Below, piece by piece: positions 11,756-25,100 of a stretch of DNA of 50,725 nucleotides; positions within the stretch are counted from its first letter, which is position 1, and the number at the start of each line of letters is the position of its first letter. Under the pieces are notes generated by a model that saw only the letters and a program-made list of their open reading frames with translations, was not told the DNA's origin and searched no databases. The position numbers and the translations under genes are program-made. The DNA comes from Spirogloea muscicola (lineage: Eukaryota), in the NCBI GenBank assembly GCA_009602725.1, contig WELB01000020.1, positions 775,658 to 826,382 on the forward strand, written 5' to 3'.

Positions 11756-14700
11756 TCAGCCGCCTGCGGAGAAGCGCTGCCGGGCGCCATTGGCCACCTT
11801 GCGGAGCGCATCCGAGGCATGTGCCGCGGCGTCGCCTACCGCCGCCCGCGGGCGTTGCGCTAGCTCCCCAAAATGCGCCCCCATTTCCCTCGCCTTGCCA
11901 TCGACGCGCTTGACGCCACCCCCCGCCTGCCGCAGTGCCTCCCGCGAGGTGACCACGACTGAGCGCCAGGCCCGCTCCAGCACCCCCCAGAGCCACGCTT
12001 GCATACTCAGAATCCTAGCCACTACGCCAGCATCCTCGCTGGTGGGGCTGTCAGCGGCTGCCGCCGCTGGCCCCAGCAGCTTCACCTCCTCCAGCTCCGC
12101 TGCTGCAAGGTCGCCCACATCCACGCCGCGGGCCTCGAGCTTCCTCCGGGCCTCCTCGACTTTGCGCGCCAGCACGACGACCTTTGCTGCACCCTCATCT
12201 GCCCTGAGCCTGCGCTGGAACTGAGGGCTTAGGCCGTCTCACCATGCGACGAGGACGATGCAGGAGCTTCTCCTGATTCAGCAAGTGGACGGCCCCCATG
12301 CAAGTACAAAGGGGGTAGACGGGCATTGTCATTACCTGGCAAGCTCCAGCGACCTGGCCTCCGCCTCTGCATTCGTCATCGCACGGAGGGATGCCGCCCT
12401 CACAGCCTCCGCCTGGCCGAGTATCTCCTCCAGCCGCCGCCGCTCCTCCTCCAACTCGCATTCCCTGCTCGCTGCCGCTGCGAGCTTCTGCTCTGCTTCC
12501 TGCCGGGTCCTGCCCAGCCGGCCCTTCTCATCAGCCACCGCCTCACGTTCCCTTGCCACAGCCTCCCTCTCCCGGTCAAGTTCCACCTGCAGTCCACAGA
12601 TGAGGTGCTGCATGGGGTAAACATAGGGGTCTTCTGTTGGTACACACCACATGCCGACTGATGGCTGGTGTCCTTAATGTACTGCGGGCCTTGCCGACGG
12701 GCATGGCATGTAAGACATGGACCTGGTTGCGCTGAAGCTCGTGTTTTGCAACCTCTGCAGCCCTCTCGGCCTCCTCCCTCCTCCGCTTCTCCTCCTTCAG
12801 GAGCGGGGCCTGCTCCGCCGCCAACTTTTGCTCGTACTCCTTCTCAGCTGCCTCGGCTTCCTCCACCGCCTCCTCTGCCATCCTCTCTGCCTGGATGCGG
12901 ATGAGCTCCTCCATGACGACATCGGCAGCATTGCCCAGCGAGATCGCCAGCGCTGCCTGGGCCTTGGTCACAGCCTTTTGTGGGTCCAGGCGCCGCGTCA
13001 ATCCTAATGGAGCAGCACAAAGTGGTTAGCTTAAGAAGACCATCATCGACGATCAGCAATATGAGGAACTACACATGAGTTTCTTGTGATGCTGACTGAG
13101 AAGTAGTGCGAATGCTCTTTGCTGCCCTCTCATGTTGGTCAATCCATGCTTATGAAATTAAGCCACCAACTGCGAGCCTGCAACGCATAGGTTGTCTGAC
13201 GGAGCAAGCCATGCTGACTCCTGAGGGTGCAGCTGACCAAAAGCAGATGCAATGATGCTGTTCTCGCCACTCGCCAAGTCGAGCTCAACGGCTGGGAGGG
13301 CGTCATAGTCGATGTTGTCAACGTCCACAAATGGACTCAGCTCCTTCACCCTCTGTAACTTTGCAATGCAGGCAGGCATGCCCTTGAAGCTCAGCAATTG
13401 ATCTACATAGGTAGGCAAGCAACAAGCTAGCAGGTAGCATGCAGCACACCATGGGTGTTGTGGGTCGTGCACCAGCCAGACAGCAGCACACAGCGAGTAA
13501 TGGACCTACCTCCTTGTTTGGATCTGGGAGGCGAGGGTTCTCAAGCGCCACCTTCCAGGTTACAAGCTCCTGCCTGGTCACCGGGCTGCACTAGCACAGG
13601 CAGAACTGGAGTAAGCAGCAAAGCGAGCCTGGCGTCCAACTCATGACTCGCAACTCGAAGACCTGCTGCTGTGGGCGAGGTAAAATCTTAGTCGAATATG
13701 TCACGAGTGTGACTAAGTGAAACGCTGAAACTTTGAGGCGAATAATCAGGCAGTCAGATGATTGCGGAGTGGCTGCAATACGCACCTGTCCGGCCGGAAG
13801 CGAGAGCTGCCTCCGCCGCAGCCCATCTTGGTACTATCTCGGTTGCAGCCAAGGTCGGCATGGAGCAGGCGGCTAGAAACGAGCCCAGCCTCTGCCAGGC
13901 CTGCCGCCCCTCGCCGCCACAATTGGCTCAAGCTGCCATTGATGCTGGAATGTGTGACGAGGATGCAAGAAGCATATGAATGCAGCAGCCCAAGGAGGTC
14001 TTGTTGGCATGCATGGTTGCACTGCCATCAACATATGTTTGCTCCTGTACCTTGAATACAGGCAAAGTCGGGATCCTCGGGGCTGATGTCCTCGAATGCC
14101 TGCTCCGTCAGGTGCTCGACATACATGGCAGGGTGCACCTTGTGGGCTGCACTCCTGTGGCAACATCAAATTGCAAGTTGGCTGTAATCATAGCGTGAGA
14201 CCTCACTCCCATCCAGGGGCCCTGCGATTACATGCTACAGTTGTGCAGGAGACTGTTGGATGACCACGCAGGTTGTGCTGACATGTATGTTGACACGCTT
14301 TACCACTATCTACACCTTCAAGTACAGCAGATGCTCGGCACTGCGATCAGCGTCGTTTCAGCCTGCCCGAAGTAGCCAATCCCAGCAATACTGCATGTGC
14401 TGCAGCCCTCAGCTGCTCCAAGTCATGGCAGTGTGCCGCATTTGCCAAGGCTGTCGTCCACATGGCCCTCAGTGGGGTGCTGACCAGCCCTGCTTTGTGA
14501 CTGCGCCTCACGGCTGCAATCACTAGTTACTGATAGCATACCTGCTGAGGACTCCACTGGCGGACACGAGCCAGCGCGCATACTCCCGCCGCGTGCAGAT
14601 GCCAGCAGGCGACACGTCTGCCTCAATCACCTGCACGGAGAATCAGCTGAGCATGTGAGAATAAACAGATGATCATCAGAATGTCTGTGACACTTGATGT

Positions 14701-16592
14701 AGAATATGAGTCTATCATTGGACTGACTTGCCAAAATGAAGGCATCGACCATGAATGCCTTGGTCTGGCCCCTGCCATGGCCCCCGGATCTCAGAACTAG
14801 CAAGCAAACGGAGCGCTCACATCGAGCTGCAATTGTAATACTATACGCCGTTAAGCACAGTCATGATTCTTGCACCAGATCAAGAGTGGAGGGGGGTGAC
14901 AGGCAGGTGCCTGCCTTCAGCACTTGAAGCGCTTCGAAAGCCTGGCTCTGAACGACATCGAGAGCCGCCGGGACGAGAACTCGGCCGGGCCGCCGGTCCT
15001 CGGCCGCTGCCGACGCGGCCTTGGGCATTAACGAAGCCCCTGCTCGTGCGTCCTGCGCCAGCCACGGCAACACGACGCCAGGCTTTCCGATGTCGGCCGG
15101 GTCTTCTGAGTCCGGGCTGATGGCTTTGGCCCATGGCAGGAGGATGTCAAACGAAAGGTCCTGGCTCCCGTGTGGACCAACATCCGCCGCCTCGGCAGTC
15201 CTGGCTGCCACGTTGCCACCAGATGCGGCCGCTGCTAAGGCCGAGTTGTCCTCTTTATTGTCGCCCCTCGGCCCCTCGGTGTTGCTGCCCTCGCTACGCC
15301 GGCGCCGCGCTCGGATCCTCTCGAGCAGCCCCTTGCGGCCTTCGTTCGACGTGTCGGCCGACGGCAGCTCCTCATCCGCCGCCGGGACCAGCACTCCAGC
15401 GGAGCCGCCCGAGTCCGAGCTGACTGCCGCTGCTTGGTCGCGTCCGCCCTCATCGTCGGCATTGGCGCTGGTCGACAGCACGCCCTCGGCAGTCTGAGTG
15501 CCACGGTCGATGGCCTCGACATCAGTCTGGGCATCTGGCACCACGTCCTTGTCGACGCTAGCAGCGGCATCTCCTGCCGAGGGCACCGCCCCAGCCGGCA
15601 GAGTCTGCTCGTGCTGCACGAGCGAGATGGGCGCTGAAGGCTGCCCCGAGCCTGCACAGCAGGAAGGCATGCCCTGGCATTGAGAGCTTGGACGCATGCT
15701 GCTGCCATTGCGCTCGGCTATTGACAGCCAGCTCCCCACTAAAGTCACTGCAACTCAGCTGCAGCAGAAAGACGCTATCGGAACTCGAGCTACAATCTGC
15801 TTCCGGATGTCAGCATGAAGGTCAAGCTGAGGTAGCTCTCGGATGACGCGCTGCCGGTGTTAGCAGTACTCCAACTGGCAGAAATGAGGCGATCTTCCCT
15901 TGAGGTCGGAGGCACGGCCCAGTCAAGCAGCAATACATAGAAGTACCTCGGTGGAAGGCCGAGGACGCAAAGGCGGCGACGCCAAGGGCCACCAGGAGGC
16001 CGGCGACCGTCTCTGGAAGGCCTGCAGGCCATGACGCGGGCATGAGCCACACTGGCAGCAATGTGCAGCATGGCTGCAGCAATGCACCGTGCTGAGGCTT
16101 GCGAGACGGCCACTGGCTGCTTATATGCAGCGGCTCTGCCGCTCGCATCCAGCGCCACTGCGGTATCAGCAAGACGGACGCGGCGGCGACGGCGGCGGCG
16201 GCGGCGGCGGCGGCGGAGGCAGAGAGCACTCCAAGGAGTGCCATACCGGCGACGATGAACCAGTCGGTCTTGCGCTTGTCAAGATCGACGCCCGCTGACC
16301 AGCCGCTATAGGAATCCTGGCGCTCTGCCGCGTCGTCCTTGGCCCATGTCCGAGCGCCGCCGCCGACGCCGTCGCCGCCTGCGGCGGAGCTCCTAGACGC
16401 ATCCGCCGCCTCCGTCGCCGCCGCCGCCGCCGCCACCGCAGCCGTTTCCGGCCTCTCACTGCCGGGCCTCTCTGCCGGCTTGTCGCCGTCGGAGGCCTCG
16501 GCGCCGGCGCTCCGGCAGGGCGCCGGGCCGCGCCCNNNNNNNNNNNNNNNNNNNNNNNNNNNNNNNNNNNNNNNNNNNNNNNNNNNNNNNNN

Positions 16593-16654
<62 letters not shown>

Positions 16655-16708
16655 NCCGCCGGCAGTCGCGGCGGCGGCCGCGGCGGCGGCGGTTGCGGCG
16701 GCGGCCAT
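11756..16708 (-). CDS. S-layer homology (SLH) domain and coiled-coil protein, At5g23890/At5g52410-like (putative plastid envelope)
   Basis: Exons approx. 16708-16247 (interrupted by a gap), 16021-15946 (TM segment), 15747-14915 (..GRVLVPAALDVVQSQAFEALQVLK), 14630-14542 (VIEADVSPAGICTRREYARWLV), 14154-14051 (KVHPAMYVEHLTEQAFEDISPEDPDF), ~13900-13786 (GLAEAGLVSSRL), ~13590-13510 (TRQELVTWKVALE), ~13353-13238, ~13003-12724 (PQKAVTKAQAALAI), ~12586-12335 and ~12221-11756 (coiled coil). The start at MAAAATAAA is inferred. Confidence 0.85.
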
Positions 16709-16914
16709 GGCGGCCTCGAGGTCTCCGGGCAGAGGTCTCTGACAGCGTGGGCCCTGCATGGACAGAGCCCCGCGCGGGCGGACACGTGGCGGCCCTGAGG
16801 GCTGGGGGTGCGCCAGCCCAGCAACCGCTCTCGACGCCAATCCTTTCCGCTGTGAGGAATTTCCTCCGCTCGACGCGCTCCTTTTGGCACCCCCCCCGCC
16901 TGGCGCTTTGTCCA

Positions 16915-17410
16915 CGCTTGCAGGAACCCAGTCTCTCTGACCTGTGGCTGCTTAGCAGGGTTTACTGAGTGCTTCGTAGCTGCTTACTTGCTTCTTGTGC
17001 TTGTTTTCCTCTGTGATTCCCCCCTTCTCGTCCTTGCTCCATTCTGTTTTGGGCTGGCTTTTTCCAGCCCCTATCCTCAATGGGCGAGCCCTTCTTCCTT
17101 TGTCCCACTTGCTTACTATCTTGTTTATATCTTTGGGCTGGCCTTTCACAGCCACTGCCTTCCATTGGAAGAGCTGTTGTTTGTCGGGCCTTGGCGGCGC
17201 CAGATCAGAGAGAAGTAAGCTCTTCCACATTGGGCGAGGGCTGTGAAAAGCCAGGCCTTAGAGAAATAGACAAAAGTCCGAATTGGCCAAAAAGCGCTGA
17301 GATACGTAGTTGAGCAATGACCATGTAGGATAATCACTTCAGTAATCTCTGGTTAGCAGCCGCAAGTACAGAGATAGCCGCCGGAAAGCAGTCTCCTTGA
17401 CGGAAGCCAG
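16915..17410. mobile_element. RLE retroelement 3' fragments upstream of the SLH gene
   Basis: A plus-strand B-type end (SDLWLLSRVY*, UTR and hairpin 17050-17069), a second terminus at 17135-17175, and an opposing minus-strand end (LRLLTRDY* ~17375-17339, hairpin ~17238-17256). Confidence 0.7.
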
Positions 17411-18049
17411 AGTCTGCTCCGCTGTGGTAGCCTTCTCTTTCTGCATCCACCTAATCTAAGCCTGTGTACATCCTTGGCTCCCTTGGTCTGCTGGCCGGCC
17501 TACTGTACTGGCGTCATCCTGCTCCAGTGCATGGTACATTTGTGTCGAGCCAGCCACTCTGGCTGGCTGGCCATTCTCTACCAGCTGCTGCTCGTCTCCT
17601 TAGCCCAGCTTCTGCAGTAACAGCTTAGAGATGGCATTTGGTGTCTTCATGGACTGCTTCTTCACTGCCCCTGCTTACGGCACGCTGTGTCATGCTCAGC
17701 AGTCATCCACTTTGCACCACCCAGGCACCATATGGACACTATGCTATAGGTTACTGGGCTGACAACATGTCAATAAACTTGGCCTCTGATTGGGTAGTAA
17801 CTTTGAAGCTGCTTGAGCGCTCATCAAGGCCAATGTTGGTTAAGCAAACAAATGCACAACAACTGGCATGTGCAACAAATATCGGAACAGCAAATATATT
17901 GGACACATACAAGGTGCGGCACCATCAGAAACTCCTGACACATAAGACTGACAAGTGGAAGATGCGCAATGGCGCTTTGTCCCCAATCTTACGTGTGCTA
18001 CTTCTGTACACTCTAATTTTCCGCAACACAAGACTGCATGAAGCTGCTA

Positions 18050-19880
18050 TCATTGCTCCTGGTCCTGACCCTGTGGGTCATCCAGGAGCATTACACTCAG
18101 TGGAGGCAAAGCTTGCGGCTCGTACTTGCTCGTCATATTCCCAAGCTTGTCTTCCACGGACACACTGACGGAGGGCAGGATGACAGTCATGGGTGTGATG
18201 CTGACAGGGTGGAGGACCCCACCTTCTACCCTGGCCATGACCTCCCACTGCTGGCGTGCTCTCAGCTCTTGGTCAACAGTTGTGCCATTAGCACCTGGAA
18301 CTGCTCCCCTTGCCTCGTCCTTCTCACCCGCAGCCAAGGCCCTGCGCTCGAGCTCAAGTGGCAAGCGCACAAGCGTGACGGCAGTTGCCTTGGCTCGTAG
18401 AAGCTGGAATCTCCCCTGCTTGTGGGCTTTCTTCCCGAGCACAGCCCGTAACCCCTCCTCAATTGCCGCTAGCTTCGCATCACTTACATTCATGTCGGGT
18501 ATAGGCCATTGCAGCTGGTCTAGAGCTCCAACGCCTAAGGATTTTGGGGCACTCGCCCGCGAGTGTAGCTCCACCGCAGTCTCAGAGATCCGCCGCACCT
18601 TGATTCGACCAGGCCCTGACAGCGCCTGCTGGCCCTCGGCAACCGCTGGCAGCTCTGCTCTCGCTGATGCAGCCACAAGAGCGGTCGGCCCCAGAATCCG
18701 CAGGGACAGCGCCGGCCTACCAAGACCCCTTGTCGCGGCCTTCAGCTGGCCCAGCAGCTCAACAAGAGCCGCTCCTTTTGCTGCTTCGGAGATATTGCGC
18801 AATGACAAAGTCAGGTCCACGGGCCGCGCCAATGAGACCTCACGTGCTCCCTTTACAGTAACAGTAGCTCCGTCGGCTATGACCACCCTTGTCAGCTCCC
18901 CAGCATCCACGTCGTGAGGAACAGAGAGTCGCATGTGCTGTCCATCTTGAATCCAAACTTCAACGGGGCCTGCATGAGACAATGAGGCACTGAACTCAAT
19001 ATTGGTTGTGATCTGTGATATTTGTCCCGTATCAAGTTGAACACCCTTGCATTTACTGGCAGCTCTAGGAGGAGTGAAAAAATGTAGTGAGAGGGCAAAC
19101 CAATGTATCTACTATCAAAGCAACTGTCAAGATGTCAGGTCCTTCAAATAGAAGAGCAGAGGAACCTCTGGAGCAGGATTTAGTAGGTGGTACCAGCCAG
19201 CTGGAAGGGGGGGAGAGCTGCCACAACATCTGGGGATGGCAGGCTCAGTTCTGTCCCAGCAGTACTGTCTGAGGGCACTGCGGGCAGAAGGTACTCCCAC
19301 TGCTGCGCATCCTCCGACATGCTGAATTCTGTAGCTCCGTGGCCAACACCCACCGCGAACTCGTAAAGGGCTGCTGTGCCCCGACGGGCGTCCGCAACGT
19401 TCACCCTTGTCACCACGGCGTCCACTCCATCCCAGCCGTTGGCTCTGCTTACGGCCTCCAGCACAGGCTGAGCACACAGGAGAGTGGCAGGGGGAGGGCA
19501 ACCAACATCAGGCTGCATCGCTGCCCGCTAGTCGCTAGCTCACGTCAAGTCGGTCAGGCAGCATGCGAGGATCACGGCAAAAGGAGACGCTGGTCGTCAC
19601 AGCAGCGTGCTTAAATGCTCTAAAACAACCAAGACAAGCTGCAAACTTCCCCTGTGGTACGTCTGCAAGCTTTCGGCTGGCACGCAAGGGGGTAAAGCAG
19701 TGTCAGCGGCGCCAGTGGCCGACTGCACGTCCAATTCACCTTGTCGACGGCCAGCGCCGCCAGCTGCGCGTGGATGCCCTTGCCGCCGCTCAGCGCCGCG
19801 GAGGAGGCTCGCGCGGGCCCGGCGCCCGCCGCCGCGCACAGCAGCAGCAGCACCAGCCGCAGCCGCCGCTGTGCCCCCCG
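18050..19880 (-). CDS. TIN1: TUNICAMYCIN INDUCED 1 (TIN1)-like secreted protein; start in N gap
   Basis: Signal-peptide-like exon >19880-19740. Exon 19467-19194 reads VNVADARRGTAALYEFAV..SEDAQQWEYL..LPPFQLAG. Exon 18969-18050 reads PVEVWIQDGQHMRLSVPHDVDAGELTRVVIADGATVTVKGAREVSLARPVDL..LSLRILGPT, matching plant TIN1 motifs recalled from memory. Confidence 0.8.
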
Positions 19881-20352
19881 NNNNNNNNNNNNNNNNNNNN
19901 NNNNNNNNNNNNNNNNNNNNNNNNNNNNNNNNNNNNNNNNNNNNNNNNNNNNNNNNNNNNNNNNNNNNNNNNNNNNNNNNNNNNNNNNNNNNNNNNNNNN
20001 NNNNNNNNNNNNNNNNNNNNNNNNNNNNNNNNNNNNNNNNNNNNNNNNNNNNNNNNNNNNNNNNNNNNNNNNNNNNNNNNNNNNNNNNNNNNNNNNNNNN
20101 NNNNNNNNNNNNNNNNNNNNNNNNNNNNNNNNNNNNNNNNNNNNNNNNNNNNNNNNNNNNNNNNNNNNNNNNNNNNNNNNNNNNNNNNNNNNNNNNNNNN
20201 NNNNNNNNNNNNNNNNNNNNNNNNNNNNNNNNNNNNNNNNNNNNNNNNNNNNNNNNNNNNNNNNNNNNNNNNNNNNNNNNNNNNNNNNNNNNNNNNNNNN
20301 NNNNNNNCACTACAAAGTGCAAGATGGTGCAGAGGGAGATGCAGATGGCTGC

Positions 20353-21170
20353 TCAGTATCCACGTGTGAGCAACAGCAGATCAGAGTAACTCGGAGCAGG
20401 AGAAGCGGCACTTTGCCGAGACCCGGAAGCAGCTGCCATAGCACGGCCAGCCCGCGCGTGGACCGCATGAGCCAAAGAGCGCTGCAGCGAGACCGCCAGC
20501 CTCATCCGAAAGACCTGCGAGAGGGAGCCGGCAGCATTGAAGCCTGGCGAACCCTGCCGCCGCTCGATGGCCTCCCGGGCAAGCCGCTGGAGGAGATACA
20601 ACCAGCCACCAAAGGCCAGCGCAAAGGGATGGACAAGGTCCGAAGGAGCCGGAGTGTGAAGGACTAGGACTAAGACATCAGCCAGGGGACGCTCATTAAC
20701 CAAACATACATGCCGGAAAGAAGCCCATGGGTTGCTTCTTCGAGTGTCCCGACTCCCGACAGCATCGTCACATGCGCCGATGTAGGAGGCAAGCTCACCA
20801 AACAGTCACCCGTCTGCCGCTCTGCTCACTCAGACACCGTCGGAGGGCGACTGCTGCTTTCCCTAGCGAGGGCCGGAAAGAAGCCGGTGACGGAGACTAG
20901 TTCCTCTGACCTGCGGCTGTTTGTCTGACCTGCGGCTGCTCAACAGGAAGGTCTTTCGTGTATTTAGTGCTCAACAGGGGGTTCTGAGCACCCAGTGGCC
21001 ACTTGAATTGCCGTGTGCTTCAGCTCTATTCTGGCTACTTGAAACATTCTTCTTTCTTTTTCATGGGCTGGCCAATCACAGCCATCGCCCTTCACTGGAA
21101 GGCATCGACCCACATTGCTGGCCACGCAGTCAGAAGTGCAGAGCAGAGAATACTGCAGCACGACCTGCTC
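20353..21170. mobile_element. RLE retroelement fragments upstream of the TIN1-like gene
   Basis: Minus ORF ..GFNAAGSLSQVFRMRLAVSLQRSLAHAVHARAGRAM..SDLLLLTRGY* is preceded by an F-type UTR (20700-20600). On the plus strand, an end (SDLRLLNR, hairpin 21065-21083) is followed by ASTHIAGHAVRSAEQRILQH. Confidence 0.7.
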
Positions 21171-22160
21171 AGATTGCACAGTTAGCATCCAGCTTCTGCG
21201 CTGGGAGTGGCATGGTACTATGTCATTGAAGTGCTCAGTTGATCATTATCATTATCAACAAGAGGCGCGCCCTGCGTGCCCTGCTCATCTATCCTATTGT
21301 TTTGCTGGAAGAATCTCCGGTGAGGAAGCAAGAGGCATTGTAGCACTCAGCATCCTTCCAGCGAGGACGCGACTGCTTTTCCTGCAGCAGCCGCCCCTGG
21401 CACTGCTGCATGCATTGGCAGTGACGGCGTCGACTGGTCAACAGCAGGCCGGATAAAGCGGCAGTTTTACCGTGCACCCAAGACGAGAACATTGACACCC
21501 AAAGCTGACACCTGACAAGTTCCACAAACCTTACTTCTTGCATTCCTGCCCTGACAGCTTATACAATCACAACTGAAACCACACTTATTAAGACCCCAAG
21601 GTGAACCCCTGAACTACCAAGGTGGACCCTGACCGGATAAAGCTCCCCCCCCCCCCCTCACGCTCAGCAAGTTCTGTGCTGGCGCACTGCACCCTCTCGT
21701 GGCCACAATTACTCTCACAAGCCAGCTGCTAATGCAAGGGCCTTGACACAGGATGTTGGGCGAGCACAACGCAGATAAATGTTGGGCGAGGAGGAAGAGA
21801 AAGCTTGTCAGTATTTCGCCAAGGTGCTAAGCGCTATTGTGGTACTGCATTGTCATAGATGGGAGCTGCCTTGTGAGCAACTCTTTAACATGTAGTGTAG
21901 CCTGAGACGAACAAAACCTTCAACAAGCTAATCGCAACTCAACTTGCACAGAAAGCAGCTCAATTGAAGCTTTGCAACAGGGGTTCAGAATAACCTCCAA
22001 GAGGGCAAAGCGTGTTCATCACAGGCAACCCTTGAGGTGCTTGATAATTTCTCTCAATGAGTTCCAAAGTAGGGATGCCATCTGGAGCCCAATGCACAAG
22101 GTATCCAAAGCTCCATACCAAGCCCTGTTCTAGTTGCTCACTCGTCTCGCAGTTGGCAGT

Positions 22161-25100
22161 CTACAACTTGTCCTCGTACTCAGAAAGAGGTGGCACGTTG
22201 GGCTTAAGGCCCTTGCGTTTCCTAATGTCTGCAACAATAGTAGCTGCCTGGGTCCCAACCTCCAGAGGGTCGCTGCATACACAGAAACCATGACGTAGGG
22301 AAGAATTAGTGAGCGCTTGAAGCTAGGTGCTCTGTGGGTCAAAAAATGGCTACCAGATGCCCCAGCTTGATGCAGGTACTGGCGGTACAGATGCCAGCAG
22401 CAACTTTCGCTTGATCGCTTGATCTGCTTAGGCAACAACTCGGCAAACACCCGAGTCTTGCATCTGCTGTACAAGTCCTTTCCATCAGATGTGTTGCCTT
22501 AGTCAGACTAAGCTTTGCCGAAATGTACAGGCTACATACCTGTTAAGCATCTCCCAATGGTCAAAAACACACTGGGGGAAGGCCTGGCCAGATGTGGCTG
22601 CTCTCAACTGGGCGGAGAATCCGAAAGATTCAATGACCGGGAGGTAAGCCTTGACATTATACATGGGCGTGCCTGGCCGCTGCATCTCCTCAAATACGTG
22701 ACCACGCTTCTGATTGAGGACGCCGTAGATGCCACCAAGAGCACCTTCTGGAGCCTGCAGCACCAGCCAAGACCATGCTGGAATCTTAGACTTAGGTACC
22801 AATCAATTGCTCTACTCTTCCAAAGACATAGCTCCAAGTCCTCAACAAAGAGCAGGATGCAACAGAATTGACCTACAACAAGGAGCGCACTGAAGCGCAG
22901 GGAGAGTATCACAAAAGGACACAGAATTGCATCATATTCAAAGCAAGCAATCTTAATAGGACAACAAAAGCCCACCTGGATTTCCACCAAGTAAACGGGC
23001 TCCAAAAGACGAGGCTTTGCTGTGAGCTGGCAGGCATACATGACACGCCTGGCAGTGGGGATAACTTGGCCGCCCCCCCTGTGGATGGCGTCCGCATGGA
23101 GAACAACGTCGCAAACCTCAAAGGCCACACCACGCATGTTCTCATCGGCAAGCACACCTTCCTTTGAAGCCCATTGCATGGCTGCAATGACTGAGTCCTT
23201 GATTTCATTCAGGTATTGCACTCCTTTGCACATGTCAACCACCATGTTGGGACCCGTCGTATCAGGACCAAAACACCAAATCTTCTTGGTAACTTCCTTG
23301 TCCCAGCCAAATTCACTGGTCAGGATCTGCGAGCGAACCTGCAGAGTATAGCACAAGCAGGTACACCTAATGAGAATCTCATTGACATGCTGACAATCAT
23401 GCAAGCAAGCCTCTGTGCACAAACATCTGCTGGCACTTCTGATAGACACAAAGAGCAAGCACAAGACAGCACATCGATGTTCTCAACGAGGCACACCTAG
23501 ACAGACAGCAATACAAATGTGTCCATGATAAGACCTATTCCATCAGTGCAACGAAGGTAGAACCAGTCCAGCTCAGTAGCAGTACCTTAGGGTCATCCCT
23601 AGGTCCAACTCTGCCATCGTCAATGGCTTCAGCAAGCCCATCCTCAAGAGGCCGGGCTTCAAAATACAGCCGGTTGTGCTTGTTGGCAGACTTGCTCATG
23701 CAGATGTGGTTCGACTTTTCCAAGACTGTCTCCCGGAATGACACCACAGGGTCAGAGACAATGATCTCGGCTCCTCCCATGAAGTCATCCTGCAAGATAA
23801 ATCTGCCCTTTGTCAAGAGCTTGTCATATGGTGACAACAACTACTAAAAGATGTGCCCAATCAATTACTAGTTGATTTAGTCATTCGTCAGAAATTGCTC
23901 CCATGCTTCTAGGCAATGACCAGATATACAGGCAAGGATCTGAGGAGTTACTGGCATGCAAGGAAATCGATGTATCCAAGACCGGTGTGCCTAACATTAA
24001 TAAGGTGCACAGCCCACAAGGCGCATTGTGTGCCCTTCCTCAAGACAACAATGAAAGAACATGAGCTCATCTGTTGGCCCCAAAGTCACAGCATACCTGT
24101 AAATCCTTGAGGCAGATCTCAAGGTGGAGCTCACCAGCCCCTGCAACAATGTGCTCACCAGACTCCTCGATTTGACAGACAACCATGGGGTCGGACTTGG
24201 CAAGGCGCTTGAGGCCTTCGACCAGCTTGGGAAGGTCCGAGGCAACCTTGCACTGGACCGCTACACGCACAACGGGCGACACTGAGAACTTCATGGCGCG
24301 AATAGGGTGGGCATCAGTGGCAGACTCGTTGGTCAGAGTGGCATTCTTCGTAATGAACTGGTCCAAGCCGACCATGGCCACGGTGTTCCCACAGGGCACG
24401 TCCTCCACAGACTCCTGCCTCTTGCCCATCCAGATGACTGTGCGCTGCACAGACTTCACATACAGGTCCTTCTTCTGGCCTGGAACATAATTCGGCCCCA
24501 TAATGCGGACCTGCAGACATTCAATGTGAAGCTGAGGATTGACAAGGAGTATATGTGACCTTATCCGTAATATATTTATAGACTGAGGAACACAGCTGCG
24601 TACTCAGACCTGGACCCAAAGTCACAGCTCTGCAAGGTCAGACATGGTAGCTGGAGTTGGTCTCGAATCCTTCTGCACGGCAAGCATGGCATGCTTGGCT
24701 GTGCAGCTGTTTGCACACACATTAGGGAGGCAACGGTATCTGCAAGCGTGCAGCTCACCTTCATACCAGTGGACACCTTGCCAGCAAACACACGACCAAA
24801 GGCAAAGAATCTGCCCTTGTCTGAGGCGGGAATCATCTTGGACACATAGAGCATGAGGGGCCCAGTCGAGTCACAGTTACGGATGGCGTTTGCATAAATA
24901 TCATCCAGCGGGCCCTCGTACAGGTTCTCAACCCTGTAGCGCTGGGCCGTAGCGGGCGAAGGAAGGTGCCAAATCATCATCTCCAAAAGGGCTGTCTGGG
25001 CTGGCAGCCAGTTCTGCATAATGCGCTTCATAAGAGGCTTGCCCACCAGCTCCTTCTCTTCAGACTTCATGGTCACATTGAGCTTGGTAAGCATTGGCCA

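Noticed and set aside
16536..16655. Poly(A) tract, poly-Lys/Phe ORFs, or an insertion in the SLH gene
   Set aside because: Flanked by Ns on both sides inside a very GC-rich first exon; treated as an artefact.
21595..21635. Short tandem duplication ccaaggtg(a/g)accc(c)tga
   Set aside because: Only two imperfect copies with no further structure.
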